A stretch of DNA of 64,000 nucleotides from Eledone cirrhosa (taxonomy: Eukaryota): the NCBI GenBank assembly GCA_964016885.1, contig OZ024743.1:364560001-364624000 (forward strand). Direction: 5' to 3'. Numbering within the stretch: position 1 is the stretch's first letter; each line of letters begins with the position of its first letter. Both the position numbers and the translations under genes were made by a program. The notes beneath the pieces are model-generated. The model was not told where the DNA came from. It was given only the letters and a program-made list of their open reading frames with translations, and did not search any database. Positions 46,480 through 59,431 of the stretch are shown here, one piece after another.

Positions 46480-49400
46480 TCCTTTACACACCATCATAAA
46501 CTGCAAGAAGGGTACAAATTATTGTCCTTAAATGCTCGCAGTTTATGCAACAAGATACATCTGTTTAACTCCTACGTCAGAAGCATCGACCCTGACTTCA
46601 TCACAGTCACAGAAACATGGGCACATTCCTTACTCTGTGATGGGGTTTTCAGCATTACTGAGTACAACCTTTTCCGCAAGGACCGCATTAATCGCCGTGG
46701 TGGTGGTGTGATGGTCTACGTTCGTTCAAACTTTTCAAGTTTTTTTTTGTGACATACGTATGACCCTGTCAACACTTCTGCTTGGTGTTATTTATCGCCC
46801 GCCCAAACTACCATCAGGACACACAGCTTTGCGATATCCTCAGAGCTGCTACCAGGAAAACAGCCACTTATGTGTTTATTGCAGGTGACTTCAATCATCC
46901 TGAGATCGATTGGGAAACCTTTTGTTGGCCACAAAGTGCAAACGATTTCCTTGAGCTAGTACTGGACTCAAACTGGTCACAAGTAGTCACCTCTCCAACA
47001 AGAGGTGACAACACTTTGGACCTGATCTTCACCACTACTCCTGAAGTGGTTATCAGTTGTACTACTGAGGAACCTCTAGGCGACTGATCATGCTATGATC
47101 ATTACCAATCTGGCTCTTGCGGGCAGCAACAAAAACCAGAACCATCTCCAATCTGCTTGCTTTTATTGGAAGAAAGCAGATTGGAACTTGTATTGCACTG
47201 AGCTACAGCGCCCAAACTGGCACGACTTCTATAACTCTGGAGATGTGAACACTATATTCCAGGGCATCCTGGACTCAATATGGATAGCGTGTGCAGCATC
47301 GGTGCCACGTAAGCAGAAAAAAAACCACCCCAAAAGTGCAATTTGGGAAACTTCAGCGGTCCGACTTGCCAGGAAAGAACGTTGGAACGCTGAACGGGAA
47401 TATAAACTGCATAAATCAGATGCCAACAGAAAAAAGCGGAATAAATCTTCCAACCATCTCAAGCAAGTGACAAAAAAGGCAGTGCTTGAATTTGAACAGT
47501 GCATAGCAACCAATCCTGACAGTAAGGTGTTCTGGAAATATGTTCATTCAAAGCAGAGACCTCACTTTCCAGTTGATCCTCTTCGCAATCCCCACACAAG
47601 CTAGATCACTGACGATCCCAAAGAATGCGCAGAACTAATTGCTGAGTGTTATGCAAGCATTTTTACTGTTGAAAACCAGAATGTACCATCTATAACATCA
47701 AATTCCATAACAACTATGGAATTTACACCTGCAATGTTGCGACGTCACCTTAAGAATAAGCGCATCTATGCCTCCCTTGGTCTTGATGGTGTTACATACC
47801 TGCTTCTCAAACATGGCGAGTACTTCCTTTTGCACCAGCTTTCTTTCTTCTTTCAATACTGTCTCAACAATGGTGCTACTCCGGAGCAGTGGAAAACTGC
47901 CAGTATCATTTTCCTGTTCAAAAAGGGTGACCGCACTTCACCTGTCAACTATTGTCTAGTCAGTCTTACTAGCTGTATTGCCAAACTGATGGAATCCTGT
48001 GTCAGAGAAACACTTTGGAACTTCTGGAGCTCTCACAGCCTCATCCAGCCCTCGCAGTTTGGATTTATCCCTAACTCCAGCTGCTGTGATCAGCTTATGG
48101 AGTTCCTTGAAGACATTACCTGGATCACTGACAACGGCTCATGGGTGGACGTTGTTTACCTTGACTTCGCTAAGGCTTTTAATTCTGTGCCACACAAAAG
48201 ACTTATGGCGAAACTCTCTGCAATGGGTGTGAGGGATGATCTTTTTAACTGGTTGAAATCCTTCATTCTCAGCCGAAAAGAAGTAGTCACGGTTCTAGGA
48301 CAGCATTCTTCACCATATGAAATGTCATCTGGTGTACCACAGGTATCTGTTCTTGGTCCCCTTTTGTTTGTGGCATATATTAATGACATAGATGCCAACT
48401 TAAAGAATGCCACGGTACTGAAATATGCAGATGACATCAAGCTGTACCTTGAAATCAAAAGGGCTGATCCTGAAATCTACAACTCTTTCCTACAATCAGA
48501 CCTGGACACAATGCAGCAATAGATCACAGACTGGCAACTGAAGCTGGCTGTGGACAAGTGTACCACCATGCATTTTGGGAGGAAAAATCCAGCGTCCACA
48601 TACTCCCTCCACAACACTGATATCAAGAAGTCCTCTTGTGAACGTGACCTGGGCATTACTGTCAGCAGCGATTTGCGTTGGACAAAGCATGTCTAAGATT
48701 GTCAAGAAGGCCGAGGGTGTCTTGGCATCACTCAGCAAGACCTTTGTTAGCCGCTCTCCAGCCATCTATTTAAAGCTGTATACAGCTATGGTACGACCAC
48801 ACTTGGATTTCGCATCATCAGTCTGGAACCCCTATCTTGCTCAGAACATTGACCTCCTGGAGGGGGAGGTAAGGAGAAGCAGTGCTTCAATCTGTGCACA
48901 TGGGAAGGCGAGTCATCTGTATTACTGCATAATGCCAGAGGTGTAATTGTGCAAGACCTGCTTTTATCACCTCATCCAAAGTCTTTTTACTCCATAGCTT
49001 CCATCAACTTAGAGTGCTCTGCACCTTTTTATACAGCTGTCATCCTTCATACACATCACATGACCATACCAATGCAATCTCCTCTCCTGCACACTGCATC
49101 TGATCCTTCTTATGCTCAGTTTCTCTTTCAGTTCATTTATGCTTTGCTGTTTATGTATATTACTATTACACATCCATTGAAGCATGCCAGCTTAATTTCT
49201 TTTGCAAGTCCTCCACACACACCACCCAGGTCTAACCATCATGTAACATTGCTGTTCATATACATGCATCATACAATCTGCCCTTCATTTTGAGAGAAAA
49301 ACTTTTTGTAGTTCGCAGTGGTAGTAGCTCCCTGAACCTTTTCCATACCGTTTCACTGTGGCTACTGTACTTTTGGCACACCCACCTCCATTGGTGGTGT

Positions 49401-51025
49401 AGAAGACACGGTAAAAAGACTCCCAGTTCACACTGTAAATGTGGTTGGTGTTAGGAAGAGCATCCAAGAATTTTATAGCACTTGTTTCCTGTGAGTATTT
49501 GTTACTTCCTGCTCCTGTGCTACGGCCACAAGTAAAACCTATGTTCTTAGCTAACCTACCTGAGATCCCACTACATCTTGTGCACCCATAGCTTGCATTT
49601 GGGACAGAGGATGGAATTTTTACCCACCTCTTTCCTATAGACTGAGCAGGGCCATTTCCCAGAAGAGATCAGGGCCTTGTTTTCCTTACTACTTACTAGA
49701 ACTTTGGTATTTGCCAAGTTGGCTTTAAGACCTTTTGATTCCAGGTTAGGTGTTGTAGGGAAAAAACACTGAACATCCCAACATAACTAAAAGTGGACAA
49801 GGTGAAATGTTTATAAATAATAACTGAAGTGAACTGTCAGTCAGACTGTGGGTACAGAGTCTCATTGTAGCGATCTCGTTGGTAGTTTGAAATTGTGCCT
49901 GGGAATACTTTGGTTTTACCCTCATTCGTACAGATATACAAAACAGGTGTGTCACACCATCATAACATTAGGACATTTTTCTCTAGTTCTGTCATAGATT
50001 CATTCACCTATGAGAGTTAGATCATCAACATACAAGAGTTCCCATAGGCATTCTATTTTAAACTCTTCTGTTATAGCCTGGAGGGTAATATAAACAGGAG
50101 AGAGCTAAGGATGGAGGATTGGTGGACCCCAACTTGCACACTAAACTCCTCACTATAGTCATTATTAACTTTAACCTTTCTGACAGTACCTCTGCACATG
50201 GCTTGTATCGCCCTCACTAGCCACTCATTTACTTCAACTTTCCTAAGAGCCCACTGGGTTACAAAATGGGGGACCCTGTCAAAAGGTTTCTCTGGGTAAC
50301 AAATGCTAAGTAGGGGAGTTTGCTTTTAGCTAGATACTTCTCCTGCAGTTGCCTCACAAGGAAGGGGTGTTTCTGTGGTACTTTTTCCTGGCACAAATTT
50401 GAATTGCATATCATCTAGGTTAATTTGATCCCTAATCAGTTGTACAATGACTCTTTCTGTAACTTTCATGAGTTGGTCCATCAATTCCCTCTGACTAGCT
50501 CATCACCTTTGCTCTTTTAGCATTTGACGATGATGTTGCTATGTTACATATACAACATTTTGAAAGAGATGGAAACAGTTGTTTAACAATTACCTCCTTC
50601 ATAAAACACCCACAAAATTATTAACCATCTTACCAACAACAACCCTGAGCACCTTTTTGAATTCCATGTGTCTAACACATATGGGCATGCCTACAAAGTC
50701 AGAAAATAGCACAGCTCCCATGACTTTCGGAAACATTTTTTCACACTCAGAGTTGCTGAAGCATGGAACAAACTACCTGTATCAGTTGTTAGTTACCGAG
50801 ACACTGCATCCTTTAAAACCTCCATGCTTCCTGAAATTCGCCAACACTACACCTGGTATCTCCCCCCCCCCCCTCCATACACACGCACACATGTATATCA
50901 TGACTCATACACTGTTCACTTTCCTGACATTTGTACATTATTCTATGTACTATACATGCATCTTTGATGAGTTGTATACACCTGAGCACTGTACACAATA
51001 ATTTCATTATTATCATTATTATTAT
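46480..51025 (+). mobile_element. CR1-like LINE interrupted at about 48862-50600
   Basis: SLNARSL, TVTETW, GDFNHP, DVVYLDFAKAFNSVPH, YADDIKLY; same family as 35665-38423; resumes at about 50603 with 3' end and (ATT)n tail. Confidence 0.9.
48900..50545 (-). mobile_element. Decayed, rearranged RTE LINE nested in CR1-like element
   Basis: Reverse-complement similarity to RTE RT/PHD/thumb regions; a plus-oriented 3' UTR piece lies at about 49408-49467. Confidence 0.75.
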
Positions 51026-51766
51026 TTTATAACCTTTGGTTTCTTTCTCCCTTATTAGTGACAAGAGAATAGCTTCTGTAGAACCAAATCTACCAGTGAC
51101 TAGCTCTCCTATATTGCTAATCTTTTAGCATATCATTTATCTGTGTTTGGCATGGAAACCCAGGTAAAGTTATCAACCTACAGTCCCTCTTCTCTTGGAC
51201 CAGAAACATCCTGTCAGATATCACAAATGCATCATGTACTGATGGGTTTGATCAACTTTGGTGATGTTTCTAAACATTTTCTTTCTGTGCATTAACAATC
51301 TACCTTGCTTTACAAAGTCTAAAATTCCTTTTTAGCGCCAGAAAATATTTCAACCTTAATTGGTTGCAAGCCCTTTACAAAGCTTCAGACCCATATTCTA
51401 GTATTGGTTCATTAGATCACAGATGGTGTTTTTCAGGACTTTTTCATGGAGCTAGAGCAGGTGGCATGAAGTGACTGTTGCATATGGATGATGTTTGTAT
51501 GTGAACAGTTAAAGAAGAATAAGGCAAATATGGTAAACCTGAACATCTCTGTATAGAAATTTTTCGCTAAAATTATTTTAGTATTTTTATGAACAGATGA
51601 ATTTGGACACTACCATTAGAAATTCTTTAAAGAGAAAGCTTTAAAATTTCTTTTACATAAAATTAAGCATTGGATTTTTTACTATAGTCTGATATTTAGT
51701 GAATTTTGATCCTTGAATTGTTAAGTAAAATCGAAGTTAAAAATAATATATAAAATATTTGTGGAA

Positions 51767-52040
51767 TTATTTAGAATCTACTAGCAAAGCAAGGATTTTG
51801 TCGTAAAGAGGTACTTGGATTTTGTTTCCATTATCTGGAATTGATTTAAGATATTCAATATAGTCGTTTGGTAGACCACTTGATGAAGCACCTCGCAATA
51901 TAATATCCTTGTACTGAGGAGACGGTTTTCCAAAGTCATTTTTCAGCAATTGATATGTACGACAATCATAGACCACATCATGCAGATCTTTAACTTTAAT
52001 GTTAATAGGACGGTATATATCTTTATCAACTCCTTCTTGC
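51767..52040 (-). CDS. GGCT: Gamma-glutamylcyclotransferase, last coding exon
   Basis: Acceptor tatttcag|G; (K)QEGVDKDIYRPINIKV..CRTYQL..PSPQYKDIILRGA..GLPNDYIEYLKSIPDNG; catalytic Glu of QEG retained; phase 2 matches previous exon. Confidence 0.93.
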
Positions 52041-52520
52041 CTGAAATATATTGAAATAAAACTCAGATTATAGAAATATGGTGGGGATGTAAGCTAAACA
52101 TTTAAAACAAGGAGCAATATCCAAAATCACACCATACCACCTTTAAAAAAAGCACATTGTATAAAACTGCCTGAGAAGATGGCATGGTCATCATTAGATT
52201 GTCTTGGTATTTGAGGACTAAACATCACTACCCTCTCCTCTGAACTTGCTCATTCTTGAGCTCTCTTAAATTTTTAATCTTAACATTTGTCAGCCCTCTC
52301 AGACTGGTGAAATTGTTCTGTTGTTTAGTTTCAACTGAGGCAGGTGGATGTTGCAGGGTAAATGCTTACATTTATATTAATACCTTCCATCCTAATTTTA
52401 TGTAAGAACCTTTAGGTTATTTTCCAAGCACATTATAAATGTTAGTTATATTTCTTAATCCCTCCAAAATTTGGATTATTTTCAAAATTGTGAAAATCAT
52501 AGAGTGTTTTTCATGAAAAA

Positions 52521-52558
52521 TATGGTAACGGAACAGTTTTAACTGTTCCGTTACCATA
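52521..52558. repeat. Perfect 18-bp-arm palindrome in GGCT intron
   Basis: tatggtaacggaacagtt-tt-aactgttccgttaccata. Confidence 0.9.
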
Positions 52559-53517
52559 CAGCTACACTGTCTTAGTACTCTAATGTAGGGTGCAACTGTG
52601 AATTGGGAAGAGTAAGCAACTACTCGTGGATGAGGTATTTTTTTTACCTAAGCAAGAACCTCAACCTTTGGAAGGCAAATTTGGATATGCTGAAGATACA
52701 GAGTCACCAACAATACCACTTTTATTTTTTTAATTGGATTGGGCTGAAGAAAGGGGATATGGGCATAGCCTTTGTATATCCTTCAAGACTAGATTTTAAT
52801 TAATAAAATACCCCCAAATGCAGCTGGTACTCATCTTCAGCTAAGTGGACAGGAGTGATAAGAATTGAAATGCCTTGCTCAAGAACAGAATGTGCCATCT
52901 GGTCTCAGAATCAAACAAATGTTCTTACAATTGTAAATAACTAGATTTAAGGAACTTGTGAATATCTTAATAGTAATAAATTATGTTTATGACACTTGTA
53001 AGGATCAGTTAATTGGCAGAATTATCAAGGCATCAAATTAAATGCCTTAGTATTTGTTTTGGATAAAGAGAGTTCAGAATACATAAAGCCAGATAATATA
53101 TCACAAAGCATCTTGTCCGACTCTAACAATTCTGTCAATCCACTGCCCTTAGACTAGTACACTATTTATTAACCCTGAAAAGATATAAGGTAAATTTGAT
53201 CTCAGCAGGATTTGAACTTAGAGTTGTGACTGGCAGATAGTTTCAGCAATGGAAAGCTCAATGGAAACATTGCTTCCTTGGTCAGATCTGACAATCAGCT
53301 CCTTTCCTTTTGTAAAAATGTTAACAGTAATTTTTGCTATAATAAAGAAATAAAGAACACCTGTGATGCCTTGTCTCCATATATCTTTCTACTAAAATTA
53401 ATAGAGGAGATATAAAAACAACAAACAATATAGATTTAAGAATTGACTTCATTGCTTAGCAGTAATCTACTCTTCACAAATTCAAAGTAACGAGTTAGTT
53501 AAATTTATGATACTTAC

Positions 53518-53651
53518 TTGTCTAATGAATCTATATTTGAAATGCTCATTTCATAAATCACTCCCCAAACTACATCAGCCTTTGATTCAACAATGGTTGC
53601 AGAATAGCCACACCAGCCAGTAGATTTATGTGCAAATCCTAATTTATAATT
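53518..53651 (-). CDS. GGCT: Gamma-glutamylcyclotransferase, middle coding exon (134 nt, not in ORF track)
   Basis: Acceptor tttgcag|, donor |gtaagt; NYKLGFAHKSTGWCGYSATIVESKADVVWGVIYEMSISNIDSLD. Confidence 0.93.
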
Positions 53652-54149
53652 CTGCAAATATAAAACAGTATTTAAAAGATAAATGACAACATTAGATTTT
53701 TATATATAGCTTGTAATTGTCACCAATCATGGATAAAAATCCATAAACATCTGTCTAACAGCCTCTCATGGCTACTGAGATAGCTGTGACATGTTTAATA
53801 TAGTGTGACTAATGCATGTTTATTGCATATAAACATATCCTATATGCCTTCATATACATCTCTAATATATACATCCCACCTTAATACCCCTCTCACAACC
53901 ACTAAATATCTCACGCATTTAATCAATGTCGAACCAGCTTACCTGCCCTGATACACCTCACCTGCCGATACCATGAAAGCTGGACATGTTTGACATTTGA
54001 TCTCCCACAATGCCTTTGCCTTGAAAAAAAGCACATCTCATAATGTGACAACCCATCTAACCCATGCAGGCAAGAAAAAAAATGGACGATAAGCGATGAT
54101 GATGATATATAAAATTCAACCACCAGCACATCCATAAATGAGTACGGTT

Positions 54150-55560
54150 TCAAATCATGGAAATGCTGGCCTCAGATTAAAAATCTTGAAAGCTTTGAAG
54201 CAGATATAACAGACTTCATTAAAATGGCAAGGCTTTGATAACGTTCCAATCCTTTCTTCAACAATTACATTACAATCTAAAAATGTACACCATTTCACAA
54301 ACAAATCAAACATCACCACACACAACAGACTCCTGACTGACACCATCACCAATACTTACAAAAATAACAATAAAAAAGCACAACATACACATTGAAGCAA
54401 AGGAACTAGCCACTCTCTTTCATATAGAAGATTGTGTGGATTGCCTCCCCTATAATATTACCGTTAAGGATCACAAACCAATCCAGAAATGCAAGCTAAT
54501 TAACCCTTTAGCATTTAAACTGGCCAGAGTACTGTCACTTCTTTCTGTTCAAACTGGCCACTCATAATATCAAGGATAAAGTATTGTTCTCAAAATAAAT
54601 ATCAAAATCTCATGGATTCGATATTAAGATAAAGCCTTTACCACAAAAATACAATAGTATATATAATGTAAATGCTAAAGAGTTCATTCCCTTAAGAATG
54701 AAATAGGTAGAAAAAGTGTATCCTTGATGGCATCAACTTTGAAATCAGAAGGGTGACTGGCCAAGTCCAATGGCACTCTGGTAGTGTCATCATCAACTGG
54801 CCACGCAATATTGAGAATAAAGCAGGCTGCAGATTAATTGTAGACTTTTATCCTTCCATATTTAGACTCCTCCTACTGAAAGCCCTAGATTTCATGGAAA
54901 CAATTCACTAGGATCAACAACCATGATATTAGAATAATTCTGAACGCCAGGAAGTCTCTACTGATCCACAAAAAAAGGAAGGGGATTGACTGTTTGATGT
55001 ATCCATGGGGCTCCATAAGGAAAAGTTTGAGGTTGCTGAACTTATCCATTTATCTATCCTCAATATCATAAGAAAACGAATGATGATCTAAAGTCATAAG
55101 AACAAGCCTGTTAAGGATAAGTTCAGAAAAGATCTTATAAGGATCTTCAAAAAAGTTTGGCCTAAACATCACAAGACACCAACTTGACCCCTATAGGAAT
55201 CCTAATGAAAAAAATGGTGTAAATAGTATATATAGATAACTCCAACCACCCAAAAGATATAGTTAGGAACCTTGTAAACAGAATTAGCAGAATATTCTAT
55301 AGCTTATCATCTGACAAACATCTTCAATAAGGATGCAACATTACGATTAGGCATTTGTAAGAAATGGCTTCACAGAAAAGATAGCATACACAGAGGACAC
55401 CCTGCCTACTCTTAAGAGAGTTAGGAGAAAAATAACATAGTTGAATCCTCCATTCAATCTAGTGGTGAGTCTGAATATAGCTAAGAACTTCATGTACCGA
55501 ATCAGAAAACACTTTCCATAAAGCTATGGTACCAAAAGATCTTCAACTTACATAATGTTA
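54150..55560 (+). mobile_element. Highly decayed Penelope-like RT remnant in GGCT intron
   Basis: Fragments ITVKDHKP, PECKLIN, EVAELI..IL, KDLIRIFKK.GLNIT, PYRNPN, NSNHPKDIVRNL, NPPF in PLE RT order. Confidence 0.6.
54504..54682. mobile_element. piggyBac-like MITE nested in PLE remnant
   Basis: TTAA-CCCTTTAGCATTTA ... TAAATGCTAAAGAG-TTCA; same family as 4737-4951. Confidence 0.55.
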
Positions 55561-56660
55561 AGGTTAGCTACTCTTATAACAGAATAAAGTATGTGCCTTC
55601 ACATAGGCTCAAATACACACACCAAACTACAATTGCTGAAACCCTCTCCTCAGGATGGAACCTGCTTCTCAAAGGATGTTGTCTAGAGCATGTACCTTTA
55701 GGTGTAGGAACAGAGAGAATTCTACCTTTACATCCCATTTCATATAGAGGTTCTGTGACCAAGAGAACAACATGCTCAGCATTAAATAGAGCATTCTAGA
55801 TAGAGCACCCACATACTGCTCTGGAGGCCACCAACTTTCAACTCTGCCTCTGTAACTGGTTGCATATACTGCAGCAACCAGTGATATCCATTATCAGGAA
55901 AACTGACCCAACATTTTGCTGTCACCAGAGAAATGCTCCGGTGGCAGCAAATCACTGGCCCTGGACATCTCAGGAAAACCATCTTAGCTCCACTTGACTG
56001 ATGTGTATGTGTGAGGCAGACAACCCCCACTCTCAAACCAGCACACACTATGAACATCAGAGCTACCAAAGGTCACCACATACATCAATTGAACATTCAT
56101 CCCACAAGTGATGCTAGTTATATAGAGCAGAAGAGCCATCAGACTCAATGACATCAGCAGGGTGCCAATGAACTCACTCATATCAGATGTTGCTAGATTT
56201 TATTGAAGTTAATGGTGACACCAAGATGCAAACTTTCCCATACTCACTCACTCATCTGTTATTGGTGATCATTAAACATCACTTGACCTTAACTAACCAA
56301 TGGAAGCTCTTAAGAGTATACTCTTAAACTCTATACTCCCTTTTGTTATTCACTTATTTTCCAATGAATCTGATGAAATAGATATAACTGCTTGTAATGC
56401 AGAGTTATGCCTATATTCATAATTTGTGCCTAAGTTATGACAACTTCCCTGGTGCTGGAGACATAATGATATGCCCCCAGTGCACTCTGTAAAGCACAGG
56501 AATGTATGTAAATGAGATGCAGTCCCCAGCTTGTCTGAGAGGTCAATATTTTTAATTAAGTACTGATTTGGTCCATGCCAATCTGTTCAATACTACTTGC
56601 TAGCAGAGAAAACGAACATAAAATGATGACGATGGTGATATATATGTATCCATATATATA

Positions 56661-57538
56661 TAGAGTCAGAACTGGTTGGAAAAAGTTCAGAGAGCTTATA
56701 CCACTATTAGCTGCTAAAGGGTTCTCCCTAAAAATGAAAGGCAGGTTGTACGATGCCTGCATACGAACAGCAATGTTGCATGGCAGTGAGACCTGGGCAT
56801 TGTGTGCAGAGGATATACGCAGACTAAAGAGGAACGAGCTTGCATGCTCCGCTGGATGTGTAACAGTAATATACGTGAACGGCAAAGCATAAACGAACTA
56901 AGGAAAAAATTAGAAATAAGAGGGATCAGATGTTGTTTACTCGAGAGAAGGCTACGTTGGTATGGACACGTGATGCGCATGAAAGTCGATAGCTGTATAA
57001 CAAAGTGCAGGGCAATAAAGATAGACGGTAGCCACGGAATAGGCAGACCTAGAAAAACCTGGGACGAGCTGATAAACTCCGACCTCACACACTTACACCT
57101 CACCAAGACAATGTCACTGGACCGAGACCTTTGGTGGTACTCAGTAACAGAGAAGACCCGCCTTACCTAAATACATAGTAAAACCTACTACAGCCAGTAG
57201 GCATCTCTAACAAAATACACCCCGTCCCACCACCACCACCCCCACACCACCCCGTTCTATGTAAAGTTATGTTGGTGCCGCGCCATCCGGGCCGAAACAA
57301 ATGAGATCGTGTAGGTGTCACGACAAAAAAACACACAGTCCACGCTGTAATGTGGCCGTGTAGGCAACACGGTAAAAACCTCCCAGACCCACACTGTAAA
57401 TGTGGTTGGTGTTAGGAAGGGCATCCAACTGTAGAAAACCTGCCAGATAGTCCTATGCGAGCAAGACAATCACTCTTGCCTCAAGTGGGACTACCCCCGT
57501 CCAAACCCATGCAAGCATGGAACACGGACGTTAAACGT

Positions 57539-57571
<33 letters not shown>
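56661..57571 (+). mobile_element. 5'-truncated young RTE copy, antisense in GGCT intron
   Basis: Nearly identical to 18741-19621, including diagnostic 3' UTR variants; long (GAT)n tail; (TA)n on both sides. Confidence 0.93.
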
Positions 57572-57608
<37 letters not shown>

Positions 57609-57612
<4 letters not shown>

Positions 57613-57936
57613 CACTGACATAAAGTATCAAATTCGCACAAATATTTAACAGTTTTTGTGTGTTTATTTGTGTAGATGAGTCATATTATATATACACTCA
57701 CAACTTGCTGAGTTAATATGAATACATGCATATATGTCTACATATATATTCATAGCTTGCTTTGTCATATATATATATATATGCAAGTTATGAATATATA
57801 TGTAGACATATATGCATGTATTCATATTAACTCAGCAAGTTGTGAGTGTATATATAATATGACTCAGCTACACAAATAAACACACAAAAACAGTGTTAAA
57901 TATTTGTGCAAATTTGATACTTTATGTCAGTGCTAT
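57609..57936. repeat. Long fold-back inverted repeat (about 150-bp arms, about 22-nt loop)
   Basis: 57609-57760 is the reverse complement of 57783-57936, with about three substitutions and one small indel. Confidence 0.92.
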
Positions 57937-58833
57937 TTCTAGAATTAATGGTTTTATGTTACTTGATTCACCTAAATCTTTTTCCAATGATGACCAATGA
58001 CTTTTGAACCTGCCTTCTTTCAGTTTAATTTCCAGCATCACTATCTGTCTTTCAATTCATTAAAATCAAAAACAATTTAATTGGACGGAATAAATATTCA
58101 TCAAATCAAGTTTATGTCTTGAATTTAGTTCTTACTTCATCACTTGAGCTTCCATGAATAACAACATTTCTTCTATCTGCTAAAATTACACTATAACTAA
58201 TTTTAACAAAGGTTCTTCCACATATTGCATAGTAAATAACACTTGGTTGCACACATATGTATATATGTGTGTGTATTTACAATAAAAATGCTGCTTAACA
58301 ACCGGTGATGTTTATTTATTTTCACTAACTTAGTGATCAACAAATAAATTATGTACCAGACTTCTCAAACACAAAAAAACAAACAAACAAAGAACAAAAA
58401 ATACAATTACCAGGATTAGTCTGTTCAATTACCTTTAAGGCAATGTTCCAACATAACCTCAATCCAATACCTGAACCCAGTAGAATAATAAAAGAAAAAA
58501 AAAATCCTCTCTATTCTAATCCAAAAGGTATCCAACAAGTTTTATCAGAAGTTACGGTAGTAGATTGATGGAATTATTAGAGTGTTGGACAGTTCAAATC
58601 CCACTGAAGTCAACTTTGTCTTTTATCCTTCCAGGATTGATAAAATAAAGGGACCAGTTAGATACTGGAGTTGATAAAATTGTCTTTCCCCACTGGCCAA
58701 ATTGCTGACCTTGTGCCTCAAGTGGCCAATAAAAGAAATCATTCCATTACAAGGTAAACAAAAAATAGAGAAATGCTGTTTGATAATAACGTAAAAAATA
58801 AGCAAAAGATAAAGTAAAATATATTTCTTTTAC

Positions 58834-58938
58834 CTCTAATTTAGCAACTGTTTTAAAAACAGCTGTTTTATTATTGAGGAGAAGGCGTTCTTTCAGGAGA
58901 TTGCTTCCAAAAGCAAAGTAGGAGAATTTACCATTCAT
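58834..58938 (-). CDS. GGCT: Gamma-glutamylcyclotransferase, first coding exon (105 nt)
   Basis: MNGKFSYFAFGSNLLKERLLLNNKTAVFKTVAKLE with YFAxGSNL signature; donor GAG|gtaaaa; joined CDS 105+134+274 = 513 nt = 170 aa. Confidence 0.93.
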
Positions 58939-59079
58939 TTTTCTATAATTTGGTTGTCTTTTTCAAACAGAATATTACAAATTTGTGTCTGCAAAATGGA
59001 TAAATATAAATATCAAAATAGTACCCAGCCCACCTGTAAGATGGTTGTACTTGTGCCCTACTAATAAGCAAATCATGTA

Positions 59080-59431
59080 AGGTGGTTGTGCTGGTGAAAC
59101 AACAAATGTGCCATAACAAAAAGCGCCTAGTCCACTCTGTAGGGTGGTTGTGTTGGTGTCATGTTGAAAAGTACATAGTCAATCCTGTAAGGCAGTTGTG
59201 ATGGTCCCATGACAAAAAAAAGCATCCACTTCACCCTGTAAAGTGGTAGTGCAGGTACTACGGAAAAAGTTCCCAGTATATTGTGTAATGTAGTTTGTAT
59301 TAGGAAGGGCATTCAGCCACAGAAAACCAAGTGAAAATTGGATCATATGAGCAGGATATGGCCTTATAACATGACAACCCACCTAACTCATGCAAACATG
59401 GAAAATGATGTTAGATGATGATGATGATGAT
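59080..59431 (+). mobile_element. Diverged RTE-3'-UTR-related short element
   Basis: Repeated gtccactctgta..gtggttgtg subunits, ttaggaagggcattcagcc block and (GAT)n tail. Confidence 0.65.
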
